Of a DNA stretch of 64,000 nucleotides, positions 1 to 12,400 are shown piece after piece. Numbering within the stretch: position 1 is the stretch's first letter; every line of letters begins with the position of its first letter. Below the pieces are notes generated by a model, which saw only the letters and a list, made by a program, of their open reading frames with translations, was not told the DNA's origin and ran no database searches. This DNA comes from Malacoraja senta (taxonomy: Eukaryota), in NCBI GenBank assembly GCA_038087875.1, contig CM075995.1:3598001-3662000 (forward strand), in the 5' to 3' direction. The position numbers were made by a program, and so were the translations under genes.

Positions 1-331
1 GCAGAGGCCGCTGCAAACAAGAGTCGCGCCGCCTACTCCTATTCCTTATGACCTTATGACCTAATTCAAACATGTGGTCAATCAATAGAGTTTCTACAAA
101 TCTATTATTAATGGCTCAGAATTTGTTGCGGTGGGGCATCCAATACCATCTGCCTTGCCTTTTGCTGAGTTAAGTTTATACGTTTTTGTGTGGTCATTTG
201 ATCAAAAATTAAAAATGGTTCAGTGAGAGAAAAATTGACATCCCAGAAAATACATCAACCTGGAAATAATCAGATTGTAAAATTAGCAACATGAAGGGAA
301 TTTAAGAGAGCCATTGCAAATTCAATCGTAG

Positions 332-577
332 AGGTGGTGTGGTGGTGCAGCGGTAGAGTTGCTGCCTTACAGCGCCAAAGACCTGAGTTTGATCCTGACT
401 ACGGGTGCTTGGCTGTACAGAGTTTGTACCTTCTCCCCGTGACCTGCGTGGGTTTTCTCCAAGATCTTTAGTTTCCTCCCACACTCCATTGACATCCAGG
501 TTAATTGGCTTGGTGTAAATGTCAATTGTCCCTAGTGTGTGTAGGATAGTGCTAGTGTGCGAGGATCGCTGGTCGGC
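332..577 (+). mobile_element. tRNA-derived V-SINE (HE1-like)
   Basis: tRNA-like head, V-domain (GAGTTTGTAC..TTCTCCCCGTG..GTTTCCTCCCAC), CR1-like 3' end and (CTAAA)n tail; ~20 similar copies in the window. Confidence 0.85.
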
Positions 578-815
578 GCGGACTCAGTGGGCCGTAGGGC
601 TTGTTTCCGCTCTGTATCTCTAAACTGAGCTAAACTAAGGAAAGATTGGATTAATGGGCCTGTCCCACTTACACAACTTTTTCGGCGACTGCCGGCACCC
701 GTCATAGGCCGATGCAGGTCGGCGAAAATGTTCAACATGTTGAGATTTCAGTGGCGACCAGAAAGACACTACAACTCTTTGGGCGACTGAGGAGACGACT
801 CACGACCATACAGGC

Positions 816-2254
816 CAGGCACGTGCCGTCAGGGTAGGCAAGGTAGGCACTGCCTACCCTGACTAAAATTATAAAATGGTAATAACTAAATATAAATAGT
901 AAAGGCATGGGAGAATTATGCCTATCTAAGAGATCGATCTCTTAGGTAGGCATAATTCTCCGTGCCTTTCATCCGCAGCACTTGCAACCCTTGAAGGTCT
1001 GTGCAGCCCACGTGCCGTCAGCGCTGCTTCAAGCCGTCAATTTCAAGCGGGGCTGAAGGCAGCAGAAATTCTGCCTTTGCAGCACTGGGCAGGTGCAGCA
1101 GCCTACTGCGCATGCGCAGTGCTGGTTTCTTGGCGGGGTTTTCAAATATTGATTGTCATTATTTTAAGTGTATCTTAGGAAACAGAGAGAGAAGAATGGA
1201 GCTCATGTACCAATGATGTGGTAAGTACATTTCTTGGTGATGTTTTTAAATACCGTATTTCTCGGGGTGTGGGGGTGGGGGGAGAGCTACTTTCACAGCG
1301 TTTGGGGAGTCTGGCCCGGGGTAAAGTTGCGGGGAGGGCACGAATGTTGTGAAGGAGGGGATCGGGATAATGCCACTTGCGATGCTCCTTGCACGGAGCC
1401 ATCGCATTGAGGCGGGGGGGGGGGGTAGAGAAGCAGTTTGGGTGGCTGTGGCGGCCGCCGGGCCGGACAGCGGAACCGGCCGCTACCTCAGTGCCTTTTG
1501 CCGGCCCCCGCTCACCTCTGGCAGCTCTCCATCTAAAAACCTCTCTGCTGCCGCTCGCTGGCCTCACTCATGTCCCGCAAATCCTTAAATTCCAACAGCG
1601 CGATTGAGGTTACTCGGCTGTGGGAATTTAAGGATTTGCAGGAAGCGGCTGACATGAGCGAGCGGCAGGTGAGATGTGTTCAGACAGAGAGAACTGCCAG
1701 AGGTGAGCGCTGAAGTGGCGGCCAGTTCTGCTGTCAGGTCCCAGCGGCTGCTCGCAGCTCCCCGAGCTGCTTCTATCCCTGGCTACAGTGCAGTGGCTTC
1801 GTGCCCGGAGAGCTGCGGCAGCGGTGAGTGAGTGAGTTAGTTACTGGCATTATCCCTGACCCCCTCCTTCTCAACGCTCCTGCCCTCCCCGCAACTTTAC
1901 CCCTGGCACAGACTCTCCACACGCTGTGAAAGGAACTCTCCCCCCAATTGGTCCCTTGAACAAGTGTTGTCATTCAATAAGATGACAACTGATTCAACTT
2001 TTGCCTGTACTTCTGTTTTACCCACCATCTCTCCACCTGCCATCACCCATTCAGGAATTAAGAATAAAGGAGACTAGGAAGCCATGGGCAAATTGAATTG
2101 TTACTTTTTTTATTTTTATTTTTTATTTTTACGGAGTGAACAATCTGCGCATGCGCGGTTTACTTTTTTTTTTTTAAGCCGACTGACTGCCTACCTTGAG
2201 GTAGGCACTCGACTGACTGCCTACCTTGTATCAGGCACTCATGGCACGTGCCTG
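816..2254. mobile_element. Non-autonomous hAT-like DNA transposon
   Basis: 12-bp TIR CAGGCACGTGCC/GGCACGTGCCTG; perfect 8-bp TSD ATACAGGC (808-815, 2255-2262); no transposase ORF. Confidence 0.85.
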
Positions 2255-2428
2255 ATACAGGCGACACCCTGGCAACATGTCACGGGATGAAACATGTATG
2301 GTCGTGAGTAGTCGCCCAAAGAGTACCTCGTGCTGATCGCCGCTGGATTTTCATGTTGACAATTTTCGGCGACCTGTAACGACCTATGACGGGTGACGGC
2401 AGTCGCCAAAAAAGTTGCATAAGTGGGA

Positions 2429-2812
2429 CAGGTAAAGGGGGATGAAAGCTGGAGAGTTGGTATGTCCCATTTGCATGATGCTTATAATAAAGTATTTATT
2501 TTTCTCTTTTTTCCTCTTTCTCTTTTTTTTTCTTCTTTAGGGTCTATCTCTTAATCCTTTCTTTTTAATTTCTTTTCTACAGGGTCTCTGTTCTTTCTTG
2601 TTGTCATGTTTTTACACCTTCACTATTTTCCTTCACTTTCTCTTTTTTCTTAATCTCAACCTTTCCTTTTTATCAGTGTAAAAAATTACAGAGTACATTA
2701 ATTGTAATAAGATATATGTGATGAGTACTAATGTAATTGGTTGTAATGTAATGTACTTCTAATAAATAAAAATTAAAAAAATTAAAAATAAAAAAATAAA
2801 AATAAAAATAAT
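2429..2812 (+). mobile_element. 5'-truncated L1 3'UTR with A-rich tail
   Basis: Start is similar to the reverse complement of 30001-30060 (L1 3'UTR); AATAAA plus A-rich tail; flanked by a ~70-bp direct duplication. Confidence 0.7.
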
Positions 2813-2899
2813 AATTTCGGCGACCTGTAACGACCTATGACGGGTGACGGCAGTCGCCAAAAAAGTCGCATAAGTGGGACAGGCCCATAAGAGTGGACC

Positions 2900-3930
2900 A
2901 ATTGGCACCAATGGTGCCAAAGTGGAAATGGATGAGAGCTTCAAGTTCCAAGGCAACAACTTGACGAACTAACCACGCTGAAGCTACAGCTAAGAAAGCA
3001 CGCCAATGCCTCTACTTCCTCAGACAACTAAGGAAGTTTGACGTATTTTCAATTACTTTTACCAACTTCTACAGATGGTTCATAGATGCATCTATGACGC
3101 ATAGCTTTCTGGATGCACTCAGCTTGGTTTAGCAAAAAAGATAGACACAAAATAGTGGAGTAACTCAGCGGGACAGGCAGTGTCTCTGGAGAGAAGAAAT
3201 GGGTGATGTTTCCGGACGAGACCCATCTTCAGATTGAGAGTCAGCGGAGAGGGAGATATAGAGATATGGAAGCGTAAGGTGTGAAAATGAGAGTTCAAAA
3301 GGGACGAAGATTAAGGAAAACGTGGAATGGATCATTGTTAGCTGAGGGGAAGGTGACAACGAGGCACGCAATCAGTAAAATGTATTCAGGAAAACAGTGA
3401 AACTAGTCAGAGAACTAGGTTGGGAGATGGATGGAGAGAGAAGGAAACCAATGTTTAGCAACAGCTCTGCCCAAGACTGTAAGAAATTGCAGAATTGTGG
3501 ACATAGACCAGTGCATCACCCAGGCCAGCCTCCTCACTATCGACTCCCACTCTGCTTCATGCTGCCTGGGGAAGCAGCCAACATAACCGAGGACCTTTTT
3601 CACCCTGGTCATTCCTTCATCTCCCCGCTCCCATCTGACGGAAGGTACAGATGCTTGAAAGCATGTAGCAGCAGATACTTCTCCTTCCTTGCATTTATCA
3701 GACTACTGCATGGTCCTCCCGTAACCTTAGGGCATAGTCCTGATCTCCAACCTCCCTCATTGCAGATCTTGGGCTTCTTGGAAACTGCAGCGCTATAACG
3801 CTATTACACTCTATGCTGCACCCCTGCATTTGTCCCTTTGCACTACCTATTGTACTTGTGTCTTGCTTGACTGTCCTCATGTATGGTATGACCTGACTGG
3901 ATAAAACATAAAGAAAAGCTTTTCACTGCA
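2900..3930 (+). mobile_element. Rex1/Babar-type LINE 3' fragment, interrupted by a Penelope unit
   Basis: Degenerate HPGHSF.SPLPS.GRYR translation; similar to copies at 24315 and 54100. Confidence 0.7.
3136..3452 (-). mobile_element. Penelope-like element 3' fragment (pLTR)
   Basis: Similar to the pLTR family at 37140 and 63278; 9-bp TSD GTTTAGCAA (3127-3135, 3453-3461). Confidence 0.7.
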
Positions 3931-4041
3931 TAGACCATAGGAGCAAAATTAGGCCATTCAACCCATCCAGTCTACTCTGCCGTTCAATCATGGCTGATCT
4001 ATTTTTCCCTCTCATCCCAATTCTCCTGCCTTCTCCCTGTA

Positions 4042-5200
4042 ATCATAAGGTCATAAGGTCATAAGGTCATAAGTGATAGGAGCAGAATTAGGTCATTCGG
4101 CCCATTAAGTCTACTCCACCATTCAATCATGGCTGTTCTATATCTCCCTCCTAACCTCATTCTCCTGCCTTCTCCCCATAACCCCTGACACCCTTACTAA
4201 TTAAGAATTCATCAATCTCTGCTTTAAAAATACCCAGTGACTCCACAATCATCTGAGGCAATAAATTCCACAGATTCACCACCCTCTGACGAAAGAAATT
4301 CTTCCTCATCTCCGTTCTGAAGGCGCGTCCTTTTATTGTGAGGCTGTGCCCTCTGGTTCCAGACTCTCCGATTACTGGAAACATCCTTTCCATGTCCATT
4401 CTATCTAAGCCTTTCATCATCTGGTAGGTTTCAATGAGATCCCCCCGCCCCGCCCCCCCTCAACCATCTAAACTTCAGCGAGTACAGGCTCAGAGACTTC
4501 CAACGTTCCTCATACATTAACCCAATCATCCCCAGGATCGTTCTCGCAAACCTCCTCTGAACCCTCTCCAAAGCCAGCACATCCTTCCTCAGATATGGAC
4601 CTAAAACTGCTGACAATACTCCTCATTTGACCTCATCAGCACTTTTTTTTTTTCTTTTCTTTTTTAAAATCTTATTTTTATCCTTGTAATATCATTGCTG
4701 AGGTGACCCGTTGTCTTGTCAAACACATTTCATTGTACCGTTGACCCTGTGTTAACCTACATATGACAAATAAAACTGAACTGAACTGAACTGATAAAGT
4801 CCCATCATTACATCCTTGTTTTTATATTCTAGGCCCCTCTAAATGAATGCTTGCATTGCATTTCCCTTCCTTACCGCTAACTCAACCTGCAAATTAACTT
4901 TTTAGTAATCCTGCACCAGCACTCCCAAGTCCCTTTTCACTTCCTATTTCCAAAACCTCTCCCCATTTGGACAATACTGATTTACAATGCTTTGTCTTAC
5001 GATATTTCGACTTTATGATGGTGCAAACGCTGGGCAATGGCAGCGAGCCACCGCTCACTTCCGGTCACGTAATCAAATTGTATGAAATGCGTTTACAACT
5101 TCCGATATTTTCGATTTATGATGGGTTTATCGGAACGTAACCCCGTCGTAGGTTGGGGAGCAGCTGTAGTCTATGCCTTTATTCCTTCTACCAATGCCCA
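4042..5200 (-). mobile_element. CR1 LINE 3' fragment with inserts
   Basis: ORFs 4157-4420 and 4431-4616 (LERVQRRF, TRGHSL, FF.QRVVNLWN); (CTTATGAC)n tail. Confidence 0.85.
4977..5166. mobile_element. Tc1/mariner Tigger-like MITE (duplicate at 10087-10276)
   Basis: Inserted at a duplicated TA inside CR1; right end read on minus (CAGCTGCTCCCCAACCTACGACGGGGTTACGTTCCGATAAACCCATC) resembles Tigger3/Golem ends from memory. Confidence 0.7.
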
Positions 5201-5204
5201 TGAC

Positions 5205-5610
5205 TGTCATCATCGGCGGTCACTCGAAACGAGTATGACTGTCCTCTCCTCTCGCTTTATGAATGACGCCTGTGCGTGACTTTGTTTAACGTGGGGAGAC
5301 TGGTGCACAGACAGCCACCCCACGGTCCTTGATAAATCTGGGTCAGGATCCAGTGGCATGGAGTCCAAGACGACCTTTCCTGCTGCAGCCTTCATCCGCC
5401 TTCCCAGCCGTTTCTACGCTCCACTAAAGTCAGCCATCATCCTCTGCCTGTTCCACCGTTGAGGTCTTGGTTGGATTGTTCTTTGTCAGGGACATCCCCC
5501 TCAACCTTACCGCCATGAGTGGCCCTACCAGGAGCATAGCTCCAGACGGCATCGCTCTCAGGATCTCAGGACCACACAAGCTTCTCCACCACGACAAGGT
5601 GACAATCCAC
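5205..5610 (-). mobile_element. Bipartite RTE-derived non-autonomous element (duplicate at 10315-10720)
   Basis: RTE-type 5' end (GTCACCTTGTCGTGGTGG..GGGCCAC) joined to an RTE-type 3' end (TCATACTCGTTTCGAGTGACCGCCGATGATG); similar copies at 42734 and 58855. Confidence 0.65.
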
Positions 5611-5879
5611 ATACACTTTGCTACACTGTATCCATTTATATCTCGGATACATATGACAATAATAATAAACCAAACCAAACAAAAGGAGACAGGAAAGTAA
5701 AAATGGGATAAAATCTAATTTTCCAATAAAAAGAAGGAATGAGTCTCCTCCCTTGGTTGCCGCAGAGACTTTGAAAGCGGAAGATGTAGCGGTACAAATC
5801 AACTTCGTCAAAATGCATAACTAGCAGATACACTTGAAATTAATTGATATCTTTGTACTGCTAGTATTGCTCATCTTGC

Positions 5880-7235
5880 ACTGGGCCTGTACTCGCTGGA
5901 GTTTAGAAAGATGAGGGGGTGATTACAAGTAACATTAGTAAATTTGCAGATGACACAAAGCTGGGTGGCAGTGTGAACTGTGAGGAGGATGCTATGAGAA
6001 TGCAGGATGACATGGACAGGTTGGGGGAGTAGGCAGATGCAAGTCAGATGCAGTTTAATGTGGATACATGTAAAGTTATCTGCTTTGGTAGCAAAAGCAG
6101 GAAGGAAGATTATTATCTAAATGGTGTCAAGTTGGGAAAAGGAGAAGTACAACAGGATCTGGAGGTCCTTGCTCATCATCAGTCAATGAAAGTAAGCATG
6201 CAGGTACAGCAGGCAGTGAAGAAAGCGAATGGCATGTTGGCCTTCATAACAAGAGGAGTTGAGTATAGGAGCAAGAGTATAGTTGTACAGGGCCCTAGTG
6301 AGACCACACCTGGTGTATTGTGTGCAGTTTTGGTCTCCAAATTTGAGGAAAGACATTCTTGCTATTGAAGGAGTGCAGCGCAGGTTCACAAGGTTAATTC
6401 CCGGGATGGCGGGACTGTCACATGCTGATAGAATGGAGCGGCTGGGCTTGTACACTCTGGAATTTAGAAGGATGAGAGGGGATCTAATTGAAACATATAA
6501 GATTATTAAGGGTTTGGACACGCTAGAGGTAGGAAACATGTTCCCGATGTTGGAAGGAGTCCAGAACCAGGGGCTACAGTTTAAGAATAAGGGGTAAGCC
6601 ATTTAGAACGGAGAAGATGAAACACTTTTTCACAGAGAGTGGTGAGTCTATGGAATTCTCTGCCTCAGAGGGTGGTGGAGGCCGGTTCTCTGGATACTTT
6701 CAAGAGAGAGCTAGATAGGGGTCTTGAAGATAGCGGAGTCGGGGGATATGGGGAGAAGGCAGGAATGGGGTACTGATTGTGGATGATCAGCCATGATCAC
6801 ATTGAATGGTGGTGCTGGCTTGAAAAGCCGAATGGCCTTCTCCTGCACCTATTGTCTATTGTCTATTGAAACTTATCAAATAGTCAAAGGCCTGGATAGA
6901 GTGAATGTGGAGAGGTGGTTTCCACCAGTGGGCGACTCCAGAACCAGAGGCCAAAGCCTCAGAATTTAAGGACGTACCTTTAGAAACGGAGGAATTTCTT
7001 TAGTCAAAGGGTGGTGAATCTGTGGAATTCATTGCCACAGAAGGCTGTGGAGGCCAAGTCAGTGGATATTTTTAAGGTAGATATTGACAGATTCTTGATT
7101 ACAAAGGTGTCAGGGGTTATGGGGAGATGGCAGGAGAATGGGGTTAGGAGGGAGAGATAGATCAGCCTTGATTGAATGGCGGAGTAGACTTGATGGGCCA
7201 AATTACCTAATTCTGATCCTATAACCTATGAACAT
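5880..7235 (+). mobile_element. Two adjacent CR1 LINE 3' fragments
   Basis: KFADDTKLGG, MQFNVD.CKV, RPHL.YCVQFWSP; (TATTGTC)n tail, then a second CR1 3' end. Confidence 0.9.
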
Positions 7236-8126
7236 AAACTATTTCTACAGCGTACGTGTAACAATTCTATAGTTTTTGTTTGTGAGACATCAAGCACAAA
7301 GCAAAGCTATTCGCACAGAAGCTATATTTTTTATTTTTTTATTTAATGGCACATCTGTTGTCTGCCTGATGGTGCAATGGCACCTCTGCATAAGTAACAG
7401 TGAACAGCAGTAGCTCAAGATAGACACAAAAAGCTGGAGTAACTCAGCGGGACAGGCAAACTCCAGCCCACTACTTTAATCGGATGGTTCTTTTGAAAAC
7501 AGCCTTCCAACTTTTAGTTGTGTGAACTTTAATTTAGTTTAGTTTCTTATCATGTGTACATGATATCATGTGTACAGTGAAAAGCTTTTGTTCCGTGCTA
7601 ACCAGTCAGCGGAAAGACAATACGTGATTACAATTGAGCCGTCCACAGTGTACTGACACATGATAAAGTGTATAACGTGAATAACATTATAGTAAAGTCC
7701 GATCAAAGATAGTCCGATGGTCTCAATAAGGTAGATAGTAGCTCAGGACTGTTACTATCTATCTGCACTACTATCGACCTCATTGGAGACCCTTGGACTA
7801 TCCTTGATCAGACTTTACTTATCTTATAGAGAGTGATTTATGACTTACTTGTCATTATAGAGAGATAGTTTCTCCTCACAAGGCAAAACAAACACATGGT
7901 ATGGAATATTACTGGAGCCTATTCCAATCAGCACTCACAGAAAGAAAGGTTTGTTGCAAATATGAGCAGAAACTGATTTCTCTATGTTTCAGGCAAATGA
8001 AAGCTAACGTCTAATATAGCCAGGTTCATCGGTTTTGGGACTGACCCACACTCAACGGAGCTTACGCATGTATATAGTGGGCATGTGCAAACAATGCTGT
8101 TGTTTATAAATGACAAACAAAAGATG

Positions 8127-8350
8127 TTTAGTTTAGTTTAGTTTAGAGATACTGTGCGGAAACAGGCGGAAACAGGCCCTTCGGCCCACCGAGACAGTGC
8201 CGATCAGCGATCTCCACACATTAACACTATCCCAATTTACACTTACACCAAGCCAATTAACTTACAAACCTGTACGTCTTTGGAGTGTGGGAGGAAACTG
8301 AAGATCTCGGAGAATACCCAGGCAGCAACTCTTCTGCTGCGCCACCGTGC
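8127..8350 (-). mobile_element. V-SINE (HE1-like; duplicate at ~13236-13460)
   Basis: (TTTAG)n tail and reverse-complemented V-domain. Confidence 0.75.
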
Positions 8351-9202
8351 CGTCCATCTTCGGTATAAACCAACGTCTGCAGTTCCTTCCCGAAACAAGG
8401 AAAGAACCTTGTCCAATTTAATTTGGCATTTTGTTTTCCTTGTTCAAGAATGTGTATAACACTTTGCCTGACCCGAGTTGCCTCTAAACTGTGGAGGTGG
8501 CTGGGAGCCAGACCATAATCTTTGTTTCTAAATCTCGTCTTTGGATGTGGGTGGAAACCAGAGCATCCGGGGAGACCCCCGTGGTCAGAGAGAGAATGCA
8601 TGAACTGATGTTGAAGAACCAAGCAATGGGTGAATAAAGGTACTATTCAATTTACTGATGGTGTCAAAAGATGGGACATGATGGATTTTGGGAAGGCAAC
8701 ATTTACAATGAGAAGAAGGGCAGGGCTTTACTGGAGATAATAAGTTGCAACCTGCAGAAACTTCAGATGTATAGAGTATTTTGAGTATAGAAGTTGGGAA
8801 GTCATCTTGCCATTGTATAAGATGTTGGTGAGGCCACATTTAGATTATTGTGTTCAGTTCAGGGCGCCATGTTATAGGCAACATATTGTCAATCTGGAAA
8901 GGTTGCAGAGAAGATTTACGAGGATGTTCCCAGGACTCGAGGTCCTGAACTAGGTTGATAGGTTGATATCCCTCAACTAGGGATAAGTTGAGCAGGCTAG
9001 AACTCAGGAGGATGAGGGGTGATCTTACAGAGGTGTATACAATCATGAGAGGAATAGATTGGGAAGATGCACAGAGTCTCTTGCCCAGAGTAAGGATATC
9101 AAGAACAAGAGGACATAGGTTTAAGGTGAGGGGAGAAAAATGTAATAGGAACCAGAGGGGTAACATGTTCACACAATGGGTAGTGGAGTATGGAATGAGC
9201 TG

Positions 9203-9402
9203 NNNNNNNNNNNNNNNNNNNNNNNNNNNNNNNNNNNNNNNNNNNNNNNNNNNNNNNNNNNNNNNNNNNNNNNNNNNNNNNNNNNNNNNNNNNNNNNNNN
9301 NNNNNNNNNNNNNNNNNNNNNNNNNNNNNNNNNNNNNNNNNNNNNNNNNNNNNNNNNNNNNNNNNNNNNNNNNNNNNNNNNNNNNNNNNNNNNNNNNNNN
9401 NN
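9203..9402. other. Assembly gap (200 N)
   Basis: Run of N. Confidence 1.
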
Positions 9403-12400
9403 CTGAGGCAATAAATTCCACAGATTCACCACCCTCTGACGAAAGAAATTCTTCCTCATCTCCGTTCTGAAGGCGCGTCCTTTTATTGTGAACATCCTTT
9501 CCATGTCCATTCTATCTAAGCCTTTCATCATCTGGTAGGTTTCAATGAGATCCCCCCCCCCGCCCCCCCTCAACCATCTAAACTTCAGCGAGTACAGGCT
9601 CAGAGACTTCCAACGTTCCTCATACATTAACCCAATCATCCCCAGGATCGTTCTCGCAAACCTCCTCTGAACCCTCTCCAAAGCCAGCACATCCTTCCTC
9701 AGATATGGACCTAAAACTGCTGACAATACTCCTCATTTGACCTCATCAGCACTTTTTTTTTTTCTTTTCTTTTTTAAAATCTTATTTTTATCCTTGTAAT
9801 ATCATTGCTGAGGTGACCCGTTGTCTTGTCAAACACATTTCATTGTACCGTTGACCCTGTGTTAACCTACATATGACAAATAAAACTGAACTGAACTGAA
9901 CTGATAAAGTCCCATCATTACATCCTTGTTTTTATATTCTAGGCCCCTCTAAATGAATGCTTGCATTGCATTTCCCTTCCTTACCGCTAACTCAACCTGC
10001 AAATTAACTTTTTAGTAATCCTGCACCAGCACTCCCAAGTCCCTTTTCACTTCCTATTTCCAAAACCTCTCCCCATTTGGACAATACTGATTTACAATGC
10101 TTTGTCTTACGATATTTCGACTTTATGATGGTGCAAACGCTGGGCAATGGCGGCGAGCCGCCGCTCACTTCCGGTCACGTAATCAAATTGTATGAAATGC
10201 ATTTACAACTTCCGATATTTTCGATTTATGATGGGTTTATCGGAACGTAACCCCGTCGTAGGTTGGGGAGCAGCTGTAGTCTATGCCTTTATTCCTTCTA
10301 CCAATGCCCATGACTGTCATCATCGGCGGTCACTCGAAACGAGTATGACTGTCCTCTCCTCTCGCTTTATGAATGACGCCTGTGCGTGACTTTGTTTAAC
10401 GTGGGGAGACTGGTGCACAGACAGCCACCCCACGGTCCTTGATAAATCTGGGTCAGGATCCAGTGGCATGGAGTCCAAGACGACCTTTCCTGCTGCAGCC
10501 TTCATCCGCCTTCCCAGCCGTTTCTACGCTCCACTAAAGTCAGCCATCATCCTCTGCCTGTTCCACCGTTGAGGTCTTGGTTGGATTGTTCTTTGTCAGG
10601 GACATCCCCCTCAACCTTACCGCCATGAGTGGCCCTACCAGGAGCATAGCTCCAGACGGCATCGCTCTCAGGATCTCAGGACCACACAAGCTTCTCCACC
10701 ACGACAAGGTGACAATCCACATACACTTTGCTACACTGTATCCATTTATATCTCGGATACATATGACAATAATAATAAACCAAACCAAACAAAAGGAGAC
10801 AGGAAAGTAAAAATGGGATAAAATCTAATTTTCCAATAAAAAGAAGGAATGAGTCTCCTCCCTTGGTTGCCGCAGAGACTTTGAAAGCGGAAGATGTATC
10901 GGTACAAATCAACTTCGTCAAAATGCATAACTAGCAGATACACTTGAAATTAATTGATATCTTTGTACTGCTAGTATTGCTCATCTTGCACTGGGCCTGT
11001 ACTCGCTGGAGTTTAGAAAGATGAGGGGGTGATTACAAGTAACATTAGTAAATTTGCAGATGACACAAAGCTGGGTGGCAGTGTGAACTGTGAGGAGGAT
11101 GCTATGAGAATGCAGGATGACATGGACAGGTTGGGGGAGTAGGCAGATGCAAGTCAGATGCAGTTTAATGTGGATACATGTAAAGTTATCTGCTTTGGTA
11201 GCAAAAGCAGGAAGGAAGATTATTATCTAAATGGTGTCAAGGGAAAAGGAGAAGTACAACAGGATCTGGAGGTCCTTGCTCATCATCAGTCAATGAAAGT
11301 AAGCATGCAGGTACAGCAGGCAGTGAAGAAAGCGAATGGCATGTTGGCCTTCATAACAAGAGGAGTTGAGTATAGGAGCAAGAGTATAGTTGTACAGGGC
11401 CCTAGTGAGACCACACCTGGTGTATTGTGTGCAGTTTTGGTCTCCAAATTTGAGGAAAGACATTCTTGCTATTGAAGGAGTGCAGCGCAGGTTCACAAGG
11501 TTAATTCCCGGGATGGCGGGACTGTCACATGCTGATAGAATGGAGCGGCTGGGCTTGTACACTCTGGAATTTAGAAGGATGAGAGGGGATCTAATTGAAA
11601 CATATAAGATTATTAAGGGTTTGGACACGCTAGAGGTAGGAAACATGTTCCCGATGTTGGAAGGAGTCCAGAACCAGGGGCTACAGTTTAAGAATAAGGG
11701 GTAAGCCATTTAGAACGGAGAAGATGAAACACTTTTTCACAGAGAGTGGTGAGTCTATGGAATTTCTCTGCCTCAGAGGGTGGTGGAGGCCGGTTCTCTG
11801 GATACTTTCAAGAGAAGCTAGATAGGGGTCTTGAAGATAGCGGAGTCGGGGGATATGGGGAGAAGGCAGGAATGGGGTACTGATTGTGGATGATCAGCCA
11901 TGATCACATTGAATGGTGGTGCTGGCTTGAAAAGCCGAATGGCCTTCTCCTGCACCTATTGTCTATTGTCTATTGAAACTTATCAAAATAGTCAAAGGCC
12001 TGGATAGAGTGAATGTGGAGAGGTGGTTTCCACCAGTGGGAGACTCCAGAACCAGAGGCCAAAGCCTCAGAATTTAAGGACGTACCTTTAGAAACGGAGG
12101 AATTTCTTTAGTCAAAGGGTGGTGAATCTGTGGAATTCATTGCCACAGAAGGCTGTGGAGGCCAAGTCAGTGGATATTTTTAAGGTAGAATATTGACAGA
12201 TTCTTGATTACAAAGGTGTCAGGGTTATGGGGAGATGGCAGGAGAATGGGGTTAGGAGGGAGAGATAGATCAGCCTTGATTGAATGGCGGAGTAGACTTG
12301 ATGGGCCAAATTACCTAATCTGATCCTATAACCTATGAACATAAACTATTTCTACAGCGTACGTGTAACAATTCTATAGTTTTTGTTTGTGAGACATCAA

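Larger units (their letters stand above)
655..2887. mobile_element. PIF/Harbinger-like MITE, split by two nested insertions
   Basis: TIR TGGGCCTGTCCCACTTA / TAAGTGGGACAGGCCCA; TAA TSD at 652-654 and 2888-2890; long imperfect inverted arms. Confidence 0.8.
4253..9202 (+). repeat. Copy 1 of ~4.9 kb duplication abutting the gap (probable assembly artefact)
   Basis: Near-identical to 9403-14316; ORF track is duplicated with a ~5110 offset. Confidence 0.9.

Noticed and set aside
332..410. SINE heads as tRNA genes
   Set aside because: Continue into V-domain and LINE tail; no complete cloverleaf
5750..5800. X-box/ETS-like motifs as a promoter
   Set aside because: Short degenerate motifs, no CpG island or downstream exon
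6183..6602. Antisense ORFs over CR1 (also 11290, 47057, 49256)
   Set aside because: Shadow frames of CR1 ORF2
8840..9726. ORFs spanning X runs
   Set aside because: Read through the N gap and join unrelated CR1 fragments
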